A DNA stretch of 64,000 nt from assembly GCA_963812015.1 (NCBI GenBank), contig CAWETI010000003.1, positions 1,728,001 through 1,792,000 of the forward strand, in the 5' to 3' direction. Within the stretch, counting starts at the first letter, position 1, and each line of letters begins with the position of its first letter. The stretch comes from an uncultured delta proteobacterium. Lineage in GTDB: Bacteria; Desulfobacterota; Desulfobaccia; Desulfobaccales; 0-14-0-80-60-11. A model generated the notes under the pieces. The model searched no databases. It was not told the DNA's origin and saw only the letters and a list, made by a program, of their open reading frames with translations. A program made the translations under genes and the position numbers. This document shows, one piece after another, positions 1 to 12,271 of the stretch.

Positions 1-2801
<2,801 letters not shown>

Positions 2802-2826
2802 AGCGGGCAATAAGAAGCCGATTAAG

Positions 2827-2944
2827 GTAGCCGCAGGCTTTAGCCTGCGACATGTAGGGTGGGCACTGCCCACCGAATGTTATGTAGCACAGGCTTTCCA
2901 GCCTGTGCAAAAAAAACCTTTTGTGCCCCAGGCGTCTCTCCGGT
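2827..2944 (+). repeat. Tandem array of different REP-like palindromes
   Basis: GTAG-ccgcaggct-tt-agcctgcg (2827-2849), GTAG-ggtgggca-c-tgcccacc (2854-2874), GTAG-cacaggct-ttcc-agcctgtgc (2884-2908) and a degenerate fourth copy from 2923. Confidence 0.8.
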
Positions 2945-2966
2945 AATTGTTTGAGGAATAATCAAA

Positions 2967-3845
2967 ATGGTTGATCGGAGGAAGAAATTATTCAATCCAC
3001 ATGAAAAAGCCTGCTATATTAATTTAACCAAGATTGGCATTCATTTTGATGTCAACGTACAGAACAAAATGCGTATAGCCGATGTTTTTAATATAAAATC
3101 AAGTGGACTGAGTCCTGAAGAATTTACATATGCGCTAAAAGCACATTTCGATTTTGTAATATATGATAATGAAGATTTGCCATTATTTGGTATAGAATTG
3201 GATGGCTCATTACATGAAAAAGATAACAGTGTAATTAATAATGATATCTTAAAAAACAATATTTGCGAAAGATTCTCTTTTCCATTATTGCGAATAAATG
3301 CGGATTTTGTGACTAAGAAAATCAAAGACCTTTCTCTTTTATCCTGGATTATTGAAGTATGGTTTTTGGGGCAAGCATTTTTAAAACAGCAGGACCAAGG
3401 CTTTATTCCCAAAGATGAAATATTTGACTATAATTTTGTCGTGAAGCCTTTTATGAAAAATGGAATAATTGATGGTGATTTTGCTTATAATCTATCCAGA
3501 ACTGAGGTTGTCTTTATTAATAATTGCAGGAGGGAAGGTGTTATCGCAAGAGTGAATTTTGTGGCATATGAAGATCAATTGGGATTCACTCATGGAATAA
3601 TTGTCGCTTCGATTGACGATAAAAACGGTATTATGTCGAGAGTAAGAGTAAAAACGTTTAATTTTTACCCACCTTCTCCGAGTGATATAGTTGAAGATCT
3701 TGTAATAATTGATATTGCCAACAAAATTAAAAAACATATGGATAATAAAGAAAAATGTATTGATCCAAGGTCTATATACGATTTCATGAATACGATAAAC
3801 TTTAAAAACAAGAATCTAACTTTTTTGAAAGGATTCAGTTTTTAA
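2967..3845 (+). CDS. AT-rich DUF2726-like (PD-(D/E)XK-fold) protein
   Basis: KMRIADV...AHFDFVIYD...PLFGIELDGSLH...DILKNNICERFSFPLLRI resembles DUF2726; GAGGA RBS; far more AT-rich than its flanks. Confidence 0.7.
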   Translation: MVDRRKKLFNPHEKACYINLTKIGIHFDVNVQNKMRIADVFNIKSSGLSPEEFTYALKAHFDFVIYDNEDLPLFGIELDGSLHEKDNSVINNDILKNNICERFSFPLLRINADFVTKKIKDLSLLSWIIEVWFLGQAFLKQQDQGFIPKDEIFDYNFVVKPFMKNGIIDGDFAYNLSRTEVVFINNCRREGVIARVNFVAYEDQLGFTHGIIVASIDDKNGIMSRVRVKTFNFYPPSPSDIVEDLVIIDIANKIKKHMDNKEKCIDPRSIYDFMNTINFKNKNLTFLKGFSF

Positions 3846-3857
3846 TAAAAGATTCAA

Positions 3858-3902
3858 TGATGCGTTCTGCGCCCTAATAATGGCGGGCAGTGGTCGACCT
3901 AC
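3858..3902 (-). repeat. Degenerate REP-like copies, inverted relative to the 2827-2944 array
   Basis: Reverse complement of 3882-3902 is GTAGgtcgaccactgcccgcc, 16/21 identical to the 2854-2874 REP. Confidence 0.55.
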
Positions 3903-3917
3903 ATTGATAAAAACGCC

Positions 3918-4250
3918 ATGGTAGACGAACAAACCATCCAGGATTTATGTAACCGCATCGTCCAGGAATTCCAACCTGACCGCATCATCCTGTTCGGTTC
4001 CTATGCTTACGGCAACCCCACGCCTGATTCTGACGTAGATATTTTGGTAGTTCTGCCCTTTGAGGGCAAGAATTTCTATAAATCACTGGAAATTTTAAAT
4101 CGGGCCAACCCGGCTTTTCCCATCGACCTACTGGCCCGGCGGCCGGATGACACGGCGCGGCGTTATCGCGAGGGCGACCCACTGATTAGAGATGCCCTGG
4201 ATCACGGGAAAGTCTTATATGAACGCCCCGGAGGCCGCCCTATCCCTTGA
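3918..4250 (+). CDS. Minimal nucleotidyltransferase (MNT, antitoxin-type)
   Basis: IILFGSYAYG..TPDSDVDILVV motif and GKVLYE C-terminus. Confidence 0.9.
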   Translation: MVDEQTIQDLCNRIVQEFQPDRIILFGSYAYGNPTPDSDVDILVVLPFEGKNFYKSLEILNRANPAFPIDLLARRPDDTARRYREGDPLIRDALDHGKVLYERPGGRPIP

Positions 4251-4308
4251 AATCGCTACCCGTTTACGGAAAAACCTGCTATCCTTAATTCAGGCAGAAT
4301 TTCGTTAA
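4219..4308 (+). pseudogene. Internally deleted HEPN-toxin-like remnant (29 aa)
   Basis: ATG embedded in the MNT YE codons, the usual position of the HEPN partner; MNAPEAALSLEIATRLRKNLLSLIQAEFR resembles only a HEPN C-terminal helix. Confidence 0.5.
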
Positions 4309-4411
4309 GAGTCAGAGAAGCCTGAGCATTCCCGGCCTCGGCCATACAAAGGGCGTCAGGCATTTTTTCTTTTCTGGACATCCCCGCCGCCTCAAGTAAG
4401 GTGGGACAGTA

Positions 4412-4609
4412 GGCGGCGCAGTCTCCAGCCCGGGCGGGAGCATCAAGCTCTCATGGCGCACCCTGCTGTATCAAGGGTCGGCACGTCTCGACAACCCGGC
4501 GCCAACCGGCGAGCACCCCTCGCCCCACCCCGGGACACCCTCGGGACAGACGGGGGACGACCTTGGTTCACCCGCGCTTCGTGCCGGGATCAGCGCGGGG
4601 CTGCGCGCC
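4412..4609 (+). ncRNA. Structured ncRNA candidate, retron msr/msd-like
   Basis: Terminal inverted repeat ggc(g)gcgcagtctc / ggggctgcgcgcc, several internal hairpins, upstream TGGACA-16-TAAGGT promoter-like sequence, no credible ORF. Confidence 0.5.
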
Positions 4610-4746
4610 ATAAATTGCTGTAAAATAAGACAGATGAGAATTTGTTCAGAAATTGAAACAGATTTTTTGTCCCGTTCCACCGGCAAACGGACCTAAAAAC
4701 CAGAGATAATCACCCGCAACCCCGCCTCCACCCAGGGTGAGGAGCC

Positions 4747-6237
<1,491 letters not shown>

Positions 6238-6252
6238 CCAAATAATGACCCG

Positions 6253-6276
6253 GCAGGGGCGGGTTTTAAACCCGCC
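6253..6276 (+). repeat. REP-like palindrome
   Basis: GCAG-gggcgggttt-t-aaacccgcc just after the purF stop. Confidence 0.6.
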
Positions 6277-6407
6277 TCACTGTAGTGCTCCACCGATGAG
6301 CTTACGACCCCATCAAAATCCAAAAACCTTGAATTTTTCAAGAAACTTAGTATGATGGGCACACATGCCATGGATTTTGCAATAATGAGCCGGAAAGGAG
6401 GAATCCC

Positions 6408-6620
6408 ATGCCTGAGTGCGCCTGTGGTTGTGGAGAGCAGACCAAGAGGGGGAAATATCTTCAGGGTCATGACCAGAAGCTACGCAAACTCCTGGAGGAA
6501 AAGGTCGGGAGCTTGCAACTCCTCTCCTCCCTGGTGAAGTTGACCGAGATGTATGCCCAGGACCACATGGGTCTCAGCGACCTGGGCCGACTGGTCAAAC
6601 TGATTTATAATAAAGAGTAG
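6408..6620 (+). CDS. Small hypothetical protein with CxCGC...GHD putative metal-binding motif
   Basis: Strong RBS (aaggagga); MPECACGCG...YLQGHDQKLR; paralog at 57329-57541. Confidence 0.8.
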   Translation: MPECACGCGEQTKRGKYLQGHDQKLRKLLEEKVGSLQLLSSLVKLTEMYAQDHMGLSDLGRLVKLIYNKE

Positions 6621-6697
6621 CCGGTCGCCCAGGTCAAGGCCGGCGGATGATTGCCGCTCGTCCCCGTTTATGGCGATTTCCAAACGGTGCTTGCATT

Positions 6698-6737
6698 TAC
6701 CCCTCTCTCCTTGAGGGGAGGGGTCAGGGTGAGGGGT
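6698..6737. repeat. C-rich/G-rich palindromic intergenic element
   Basis: acccctctctccttgaggggagggggtcagggtgagggg; related purine/pyrimidine hairpins near 20250, 54940, 57614, 58985, 59597 and 61530. Confidence 0.55.
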
Positions 6738-6805
6738 GAAGAAGGCAAAGCTTATCGCAATGAATATAGCGGTTATGATCCTGGCGCCTCCCCTCCCCTT
6801 CTCCT

Positions 6806-7273
6806 ATGCCTGAACATCTTATCGGCGTCATCTCCGACACCCACGGTCTGCTGCGGCCTGAGGCCCTTAAAGTCCTGTCGGGGGTGGAACTTATCATCCA
6901 CGCTGGCGACATCGGCAACCCCCGGATTTTGGCGGAATTGGCCAGGATCGCCCCGGTGCACGCGGTCCGAGGCAATACCGACCGGGCCGGCTGGGCCGTT
7001 GATCTGCCCCTTACTCGGGTGGTGGAGGTGGGAGACGTCCACTTCTACGTCCTCCACGAACTCTTCTGCCTGGACCTGGACCCCGCCGCCGCCGGCTTTG
7101 CCGCGGTCATCTTCGGCCACTCCCACCATCCCCACCTGGAGCGCAAAAACGGCGTCCTCTACCTCAACCCCGGCAGCGCCGGGCCGCGGCGGTTTACGTT
7201 GCCGGTCACCCTTGCCAGAATTAAGGTGCAAGGCGTCTCCTTGCATCCGGAGATGGTGGAGTTGAAAGTATGA
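6806..7273 (+). CDS. YfcE/MJ0936-family metallophosphoesterase
   Basis: ISDTHG, IIHAGD, VRGNTD, FGHSH and NPGS motifs. Confidence 0.92.
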   Translation: MPEHLIGVISDTHGLLRPEALKVLSGVELIIHAGDIGNPRILAELARIAPVHAVRGNTDRAGWAVDLPLTRVVEVGDVHFYVLHELFCLDLDPAAAGFAAVIFGHSHHPHLERKNGVLYLNPGSAGPRRFTLPVTLARIKVQGVSLHPEMVELKV

Positions 7274-7497
7274 CTGAAAATAGTGTTTTGATCGCTAAGA
7301 CCCTGCCTTCAGCCGCTCCTACATCCCGATCAACTCTATCAGCAGTTTTAATGGCCCTAAATTTAGTTGAATTTTTCATCTATTCCATTATATTTAAAAA
7401 GTTAATTGCTTTTCTTTTTCGATATTGTCCAAAAAATGATTTTATAATTATTCTGATCCAAAAAATGGAGATTACTTTTTAAAATGCATTTTTAAAA

Positions 7498-8586
7498 ATG
7501 GAGAATAAGATGCAGGACAGCCTTGTAAATCCAATGTTAGAAATTCAAAAAACTTTTGGAACAGATTATAGAAATCAGATTGTAGAAATGACAAAGAAAA
7601 TGCAGGATAGCTTTGTAAGTCCAATGTTAGAAATTCAAAAAACTTTTGGAACAGATTATAAATATCAGATTGCTGAAATGACAAAGAAAATACAGGATAG
7701 CTTTGTAAGTCCAATGTTAGAAATTCAAAAAACTTTTGGAACAGATTATAGAAATCAGATTGTAGAAATGACAAAGAAAATGCAGGATAGCTTTGTAAGT
7801 CCAATGTTAGAAATTCAAAAAACTTTTGGAACAGATTATAAATATCAGATTGCTGGAATGACAAAGAACTTACAATATTCCTATAAATTAATTAATCCTC
7901 TTTTAGATATTAAGAAAGCTATTACTTCTTCTTTGTTTGCTCAAATTCATAAAGAGGATATATCATTAGCAAAAATAGCTAACAATTTATCATCGATTTC
8001 AAAAACTATTTTAGAATATCCTAAAGAAGATATAATTATTAATAACAACCAAAGCATAACATGTGGATCTGAATTTATAACTATAGATGCTCTACAAGAA
8101 ATCGTGCAGCAGATTTTATTAAACGCTGAATCTAAAGCAGATAATTTTTATCATGGAATTATAAATGAAATTAAAAAATTAAAGAAGCCATTTCTTGAAA
8201 AAATTATGACATGGTTAATTATGCCGCTATTAATTTCATTTTTAACAATATTATTTACCCCTGCTATTAATCAATTATATGATAATCATTTTGATCAACG
8301 TAAAGTCAGATTAAAGCAAATAAAAAAGGAGATTTCAAATACAGAATTTAATTTAAATATGTTGCAAGGGTATAGGTTAGTATCTTGTGGAAAATTAGAT
8401 GTAAGAGCAACGAGTTGGCGAAAATCTAAATTGATAGGTAGAATTTACTTTGGTCAAATAGTTAAAGTAATTGAAAGGAAAAAAAATTGGACTCTCATTG
8501 AGTGGAAGAATAGTGAGGAACCATTTGAATTAATACTTCGAGGATGGGTTTTTAACAGATATTTGGAAAAATTAAATCGGAATTAA
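7498..8586 (+). CDS. AT-rich protein with N-terminal 30-aa repeats, one TM helix and a C-terminal SH3-like domain
   Basis: Four 30-aa repeats; hydrophobic WLIMPLLISFLTILFTP; LDVRA..KSKLIGRIYFGQIVKVIERKKNWTLIEW...GWVFNRYL is SH3b-like. Confidence 0.75.
   Translation: MENKMQDSLVNPMLEIQKTFGTDYRNQIVEMTKKMQDSFVSPMLEIQKTFGTDYKYQIAEMTKKIQDSFVSPMLEIQKTFGTDYRNQIVEMTKKMQDSFVSPMLEIQKTFGTDYKYQIAGMTKNLQYSYKLINPLLDIKKAITSSLFAQIHKEDISLAKIANNLSSISKTILEYPKEDIIINNNQSITCGSEFITIDALQEIVQQILLNAESKADNFYHGIINEIKKLKKPFLEKIMTWLIMPLLISFLTILFTPAINQLYDNHFDQRKVRLKQIKKEISNTEFNLNMLQGYRLVSCGKLDVRATSWRKSKLIGRIYFGQIVKVIERKKNWTLIEWKNSEEPFELILRGWVFNRYLEKLNRN
7510..7869 (+). repeat. 4 x 90-bp in-frame tandem repeat (A-B-A-B; 180-bp higher-order unit)
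   Basis: ccaatgttagaaattcaaaaaacttttggaacagattata recurs every 90 bp; units alternate RNQIVE and KYQIA. Confidence 0.95.
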
Positions 8587-8587
8587 C

Positions 8588-10573
8588 ATGACCCCTAAAC
8601 GTCCCGTTTATCCCTTCGCGGCCCTGGTAGGCCAAGAGCGACTAAAGCTGGCCCTCATCCTCAATGCCGTCAATCCCCTCATCGGCGGGGTGTTGATCCG
8701 GGGGGAGAAGGGCACGGCCAAGTCCACCGCGGCCCGGGGCCTGGCGGAGCTCTTGCCCCCCATCGCCATGGTGGCGGGCTGCCCGTTTTACTGCCACCCG
8801 GATTTGCCCGAGCTGATGTGCGACGCCTGCCTAAAGCGCTTTGAGCAGGGCGAGGTCCTGCCCCGCCGGGATCGGCCCATGCCGGTGGTGGACCTGCCCC
8901 TGGGAACCACCGAAGACCGCCTGCTGGGCACCATCGATCTTGAGAAAGCCATCAAGAGCGGCGAGAAGCACTTTGAGCCCGGGCTGCTGGCCAACGCCAA
9001 CCGGGGTATTTTGTATGTCGATGAAGTTAACCTTCTCGATGACCATTTAGTCGACGTGTTGTTGGACGCCGCGGCCATGGGGGTCAACGTGGTGGAGCGT
9101 GAGGGCATTTCGTTTGCCCACCCGGCCCGCTTCATCCTGGTGGGCACCATGAACCCCGAGGAAGGCGAGCTCCGGCCCCAGTTGCTGGACCGCTTCGGCT
9201 TGTGCGTCGAAGTGACGGGACTCCATAATCTTGAGGCCCGCATGGCCGTGGTGCAGCGCCGCCTGGCCTTCGAGGCCGATCCGGAGGGTTTTGCCACCCG
9301 GTGGCAGGGGGAGCAGGAAATCATCCGCCAGGGCATTTTAGACGCCGGGGAACGCCTGTCCCAGGTGAGTTACCCTGATGACCTCCTGCGGCTCATAACC
9401 GCGGTCTGCGTGGACCAGGGGGTGGACGGCCACCGGGCCGACATCTTCATGCTCAAGGTGGCCCAGACTTTGGCGGCCTACCGGGGCCGGGGGGAAGTGA
9501 GCGCCGGGGACGTTCGGGAGGCTGCCACCCTGGTGCTGCCCCACCGCCTGCGTCGCACCCCGTTCAGTGACTCCGCCATGGACGAAAACCGGCTGGAGGA
9601 AACCTTCCGTAAGCACGTCGAAGAGGTTCAGGAGCGGCAACGCCATCCGCAACCACCCCCCCAACCCGGCAGCGCCGCCTCCGACGGGGAGGAGGTCGCG
9701 CGGATCGGCGAGGTCACGGTGGCGCCGGGGGCCACCTTCCCGGTGCGGCCCCTGGAATTGCCCCCGGCCCGCCAAGCCAAAAAAGCGCCGGGAACCCGCA
9801 CCCGGGCCCGGAGCGAAGATAACACCGGGCGGTATGTCCGCCCCACCTTAGCCAAGCCTGCCATTCCGGATCTGGCCATTGACGCGACCATTCGAGCCGC
9901 CGCCCCTTACCAGGGGGTGAGGGCCCGGGGCAACCTGGCCCTGGCCATCCGTGAACCTGACCTGCGCTATAAGGTGCGGGAAAAGCGCATCGGACGGAAT
10001 ATCCTGTTCGTGGTGGACGCGTCCGGCTCCATGGGGGCCGACGAGCGCATGGCCGAAACCAAGGCGGCGATCCTGTCGCTCCTGGTCGACGCCTACCAGA
10101 AGCGGGAGCGGGTGGGGCTCATCGTCTTCAGGGGCCGCGAGGCCCGGGTGGCCCTGCCCTTCACCCACAGCGTCGAGATGGCCCAACGGTACCTGACCGT
10201 TCTTCCCACCGGCGGTAAGACCCCCCTGCCCCACGCCCTCTACCTGGCCCGGGAATTGCTGCGCCAGGAAAAAACCCGCCACCCCCGGGACGCCTTTCTG
10301 CTGGTGCTCATCACCGACGGCCGGGCCAACCTCAGCCTGGCCAAGGGAGGTCAGCCCATGGCGGAGGTCAAGGAGTTGGCGGCCCAGCTACGGGGACTGG
10401 GGATCAACGCCCTGGTGGTGGACACGGAGCGGTTCGCCCCCTGCCTGGACCTGGGCTGCCTGCCGGAGTTGAGCCAGATCCTGGGGGGCCAGTACCATTC
10501 GGTACAGAGCCTCCGGGCCCCGGAGGTGGTGGCCCGCATCGCCGCGGCCCTGAGAGCCGCGTCAGCCCAATAA
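8588..10573 (+). CDS. Mg/Co-chelatase ChlI-ChlD-type AAA+ ATPase with C-terminal vWA domain
   Basis: YPFAALVGQ, GEKGTAKS, LYVDEVNLL, NPEEGELRPQLLDRFG, Pro-rich linker, MIDAS DASGSM. Confidence 0.93.
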   Translation: MTPKRPVYPFAALVGQERLKLALILNAVNPLIGGVLIRGEKGTAKSTAARGLAELLPPIAMVAGCPFYCHPDLPELMCDACLKRFEQGEVLPRRDRPMPVVDLPLGTTEDRLLGTIDLEKAIKSGEKHFEPGLLANANRGILYVDEVNLLDDHLVDVLLDAAAMGVNVVEREGISFAHPARFILVGTMNPEEGELRPQLLDRFGLCVEVTGLHNLEARMAVVQRRLAFEADPEGFATRWQGEQEIIRQGILDAGERLSQVSYPDDLLRLITAVCVDQGVDGHRADIFMLKVAQTLAAYRGRGEVSAGDVREAATLVLPHRLRRTPFSDSAMDENRLEETFRKHVEEVQERQRHPQPPPQPGSAASDGEEVARIGEVTVAPGATFPVRPLELPPARQAKKAPGTRTRARSEDNTGRYVRPTLAKPAIPDLAIDATIRAAAPYQGVRARGNLALAIREPDLRYKVREKRIGRNILFVVDASGSMGADERMAETKAAILSLLVDAYQKRERVGLIVFRGREARVALPFTHSVEMAQRYLTVLPTGGKTPLPHALYLARELLRQEKTRHPRDAFLLVLITDGRANLSLAKGGQPMAEVKELAAQLRGLGINALVVDTERFAPCLDLGCLPELSQILGGQYHSVQSLRAPEVVARIAAALRAASAQ

Positions 10574-10827
10574 ACCGGAAAGCTCTGGTTAAAGCTTTTG
10601 GGGGACGGGAGCAGGGGCACCCGCCCCTAACCAGCCCTATCCTTGAATTATTTCTTGAGCGGTCTTGGCTGGTTTTGCCTTCCCGGAGCATTGACAATCA
10701 CCTCCGGTTGGGCTACAGCATAATCACACTTTGCCCTCATCACCATGGTTAGGCCGCAAGCAGATTGCCACTGTACTCATTAACCTTTGACTGGAGTTAG
10801 ACCAGGTGCACACCACGGGGAAATGAT

Positions 10828-11352
10828 ATGGCGGAACCAAAACAAGAAACCTGGCTCAAGCTGGTAGCCATGACCGTCATCGTCCTGGTGGTGGCCGCGG
10901 GGATCTCGGCTTTCAAATCCATCGGTTATGCCACTCAAGCGCAGATTTTCGCCGCCCGGGAGGCCCAGCACTGGCAAGATTACCAGGTGGTGAGCCTCAA
11001 GAAGGATAATTTCGCCATCAACCGGGATATCCTGTTATCCCTGAGGCTATCGGAGGGAAAGGCTGCCAAGTCCCCAAAGACCACGGCCGCCAGGATCAAG
11101 GAATACGACGAGGAACTGAGCCGCCTGAACCAGGAGCGGGACCAGATCAAAAAGGTGGCCCAGGGCCTGGCCGCCCAGGAGGAAGCCTTGGAGAAGAAGT
11201 CCGGCGAACTAGGGCTAGCCGTGATTCTCTTCCTGCTGGCCATCCTGAGCGCGGCGACGGGGGCCCTCACCCGAAAGAAAATATTGTGGCTGATAGGTTT
11301 GGGCCTGGGGGGCTGGGGGCTGGTTTGCCTGGTGAAAGGCATATTTCTGTGA
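10828..11352 (+). CDS. DUF4337-like membrane protein (divergent paralog)
   Basis: TM-coiled coil-2TM layout; EAQHWQDYQ matches ASDQWAFYQ of the neighbour. Confidence 0.7.
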   Translation: MAEPKQETWLKLVAMTVIVLVVAAGISAFKSIGYATQAQIFAAREAQHWQDYQVVSLKKDNFAINRDILLSLRLSEGKAAKSPKTTAARIKEYDEELSRLNQERDQIKKVAQGLAAQEEALEKKSGELGLAVILFLLAILSAATGALTRKKILWLIGLGLGGWGLVCLVKGIFL

Positions 11353-11478
11353 GGACGCCGGCTCTCGCCGACCCGGGGGCAGGAGTTGCCCCGGGGCAAT
11401 CCCGCTCAAACCGAAACCGCCGGGGCTAGCCCGGTTGCGGACCTTCTTGCCCTTTTCACCTCACTCCGTTCCCATGCA

Positions 11479-12066
11479 TCAGTTCGACAAAAACGGCACA
11501 TGAAATAACAGGAAAAACCCATTGCAGCATAACAGGATCCCCAAGGCCGCAGCGATGAGGGACACCCCAAAGATAAGCCGGGATTGGGCCAGAATGGCCA
11601 CGGTGGCCATCACGATGGCAATCTGGAGCAGGACCTCGGCGAAATCGAAATAAGGGTCCTTACTGCGAGCCACATCCCGTTCATGTTCCAGTTTGCGGGC
11701 TTCGTGTTCTATGTCCTTGCGCTCCTGGCCGTAGCGCTCCTCCTCGGTGGCCATCTGCTTGAGCAAGGTTGCGTAACGCTGTCTGATCTCCGGTTTCAAG
11801 GTCTCTTTTTCCAGAAGGTCGAGCTCCAGGCGCATCTTCTGGCCGCGATAGAAATGCTCCCGGCTGGCCTTGGCCTGGTAAAAGGCCCACTGGTCGGAAG
11901 CCTGCTGCTGGGCCAGGATCATTTCCTTCATAGCGTTGTTGCCGCCCAGGGAAGTGATGGCCAGGATGACCGCAAAAATGGCGGTGGTCAGGGCGACTCG
12001 GCGAGTAAATTTGTGTCCCATGACCTCTTCCATCTCTTCAGGTTTGGGGAGTTCAACTTCAGCCAT
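11479..12066 (-). CDS. DUF4337-family membrane protein
   Basis: VALTTAIFAV...ASDQWAFYQAK...FDFAEVLLQIAIV. Confidence 0.8.
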   Translation of the reverse strand: MAEVELPKPEEMEEVMGHKFTRRVALTTAIFAVILAITSLGGNNAMKEMILAQQQASDQWAFYQAKASREHFYRGQKMRLELDLLEKETLKPEIRQRYATLLKQMATEEERYGQERKDIEHEARKLEHERDVARSKDPYFDFAEVLLQIAIVMATVAILAQSRLIFGVSLIAAALGILLCCNGFFLLFHVPFLSN

Positions 12067-12078
12067 AGTGGTTCCCCT

Positions 12079-12270
12079 TCAGAAATTTTCTCTGACGAAA
12101 ATTTTCATGCCGTCGGTGAGGGCCCCGTCGAGCCCCAGCTCGTGGCCCCATGCATCATAAGCCTTTAGCCCCGCAGCGATTTGCTCCATTTCGCCGGCGC
12201 CAATCAGGGCATGCTTCACCTGCATGCCCGGGGCCAGATCCACCGGTTTCTGGTTAACATAAATCCGCAT
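12079..12270 (-). CDS. Small ThiS/ubiquitin-like (beta-grasp) hypothetical protein without a C-terminal GG
   Basis: MRIYVNQKPVDL..GMQVKHAL...LTDGMKIFV; starts right after the nucleotidase stop. Confidence 0.6.
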   Translation of the reverse strand: MRIYVNQKPVDLAPGMQVKHALIGAGEMEQIAAGLKAYDAWGHELGLDGALTDGMKIFVRENF

Positions 12271-12271
12271 G

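Noticed and set aside
2827..2944. Evenly spaced palindromes as a mini-CRISPR
   Set aside because: The palindromes differ from one another and share only GTAG; they fit REP elements
7510..7869. Regular repeats as a possible CRISPR array
   Set aside because: Units are contiguous 90-bp in-frame coding repeats with no unique spacers, and no cas genes are present
8588..10573. Evidence for (bacterio)chlorophyll synthesis
   Set aside because: ChlI/ChlD-type ATPases are common in non-phototrophs as cobaltochelatase-associated subunits, and no other bch/chl genes are present
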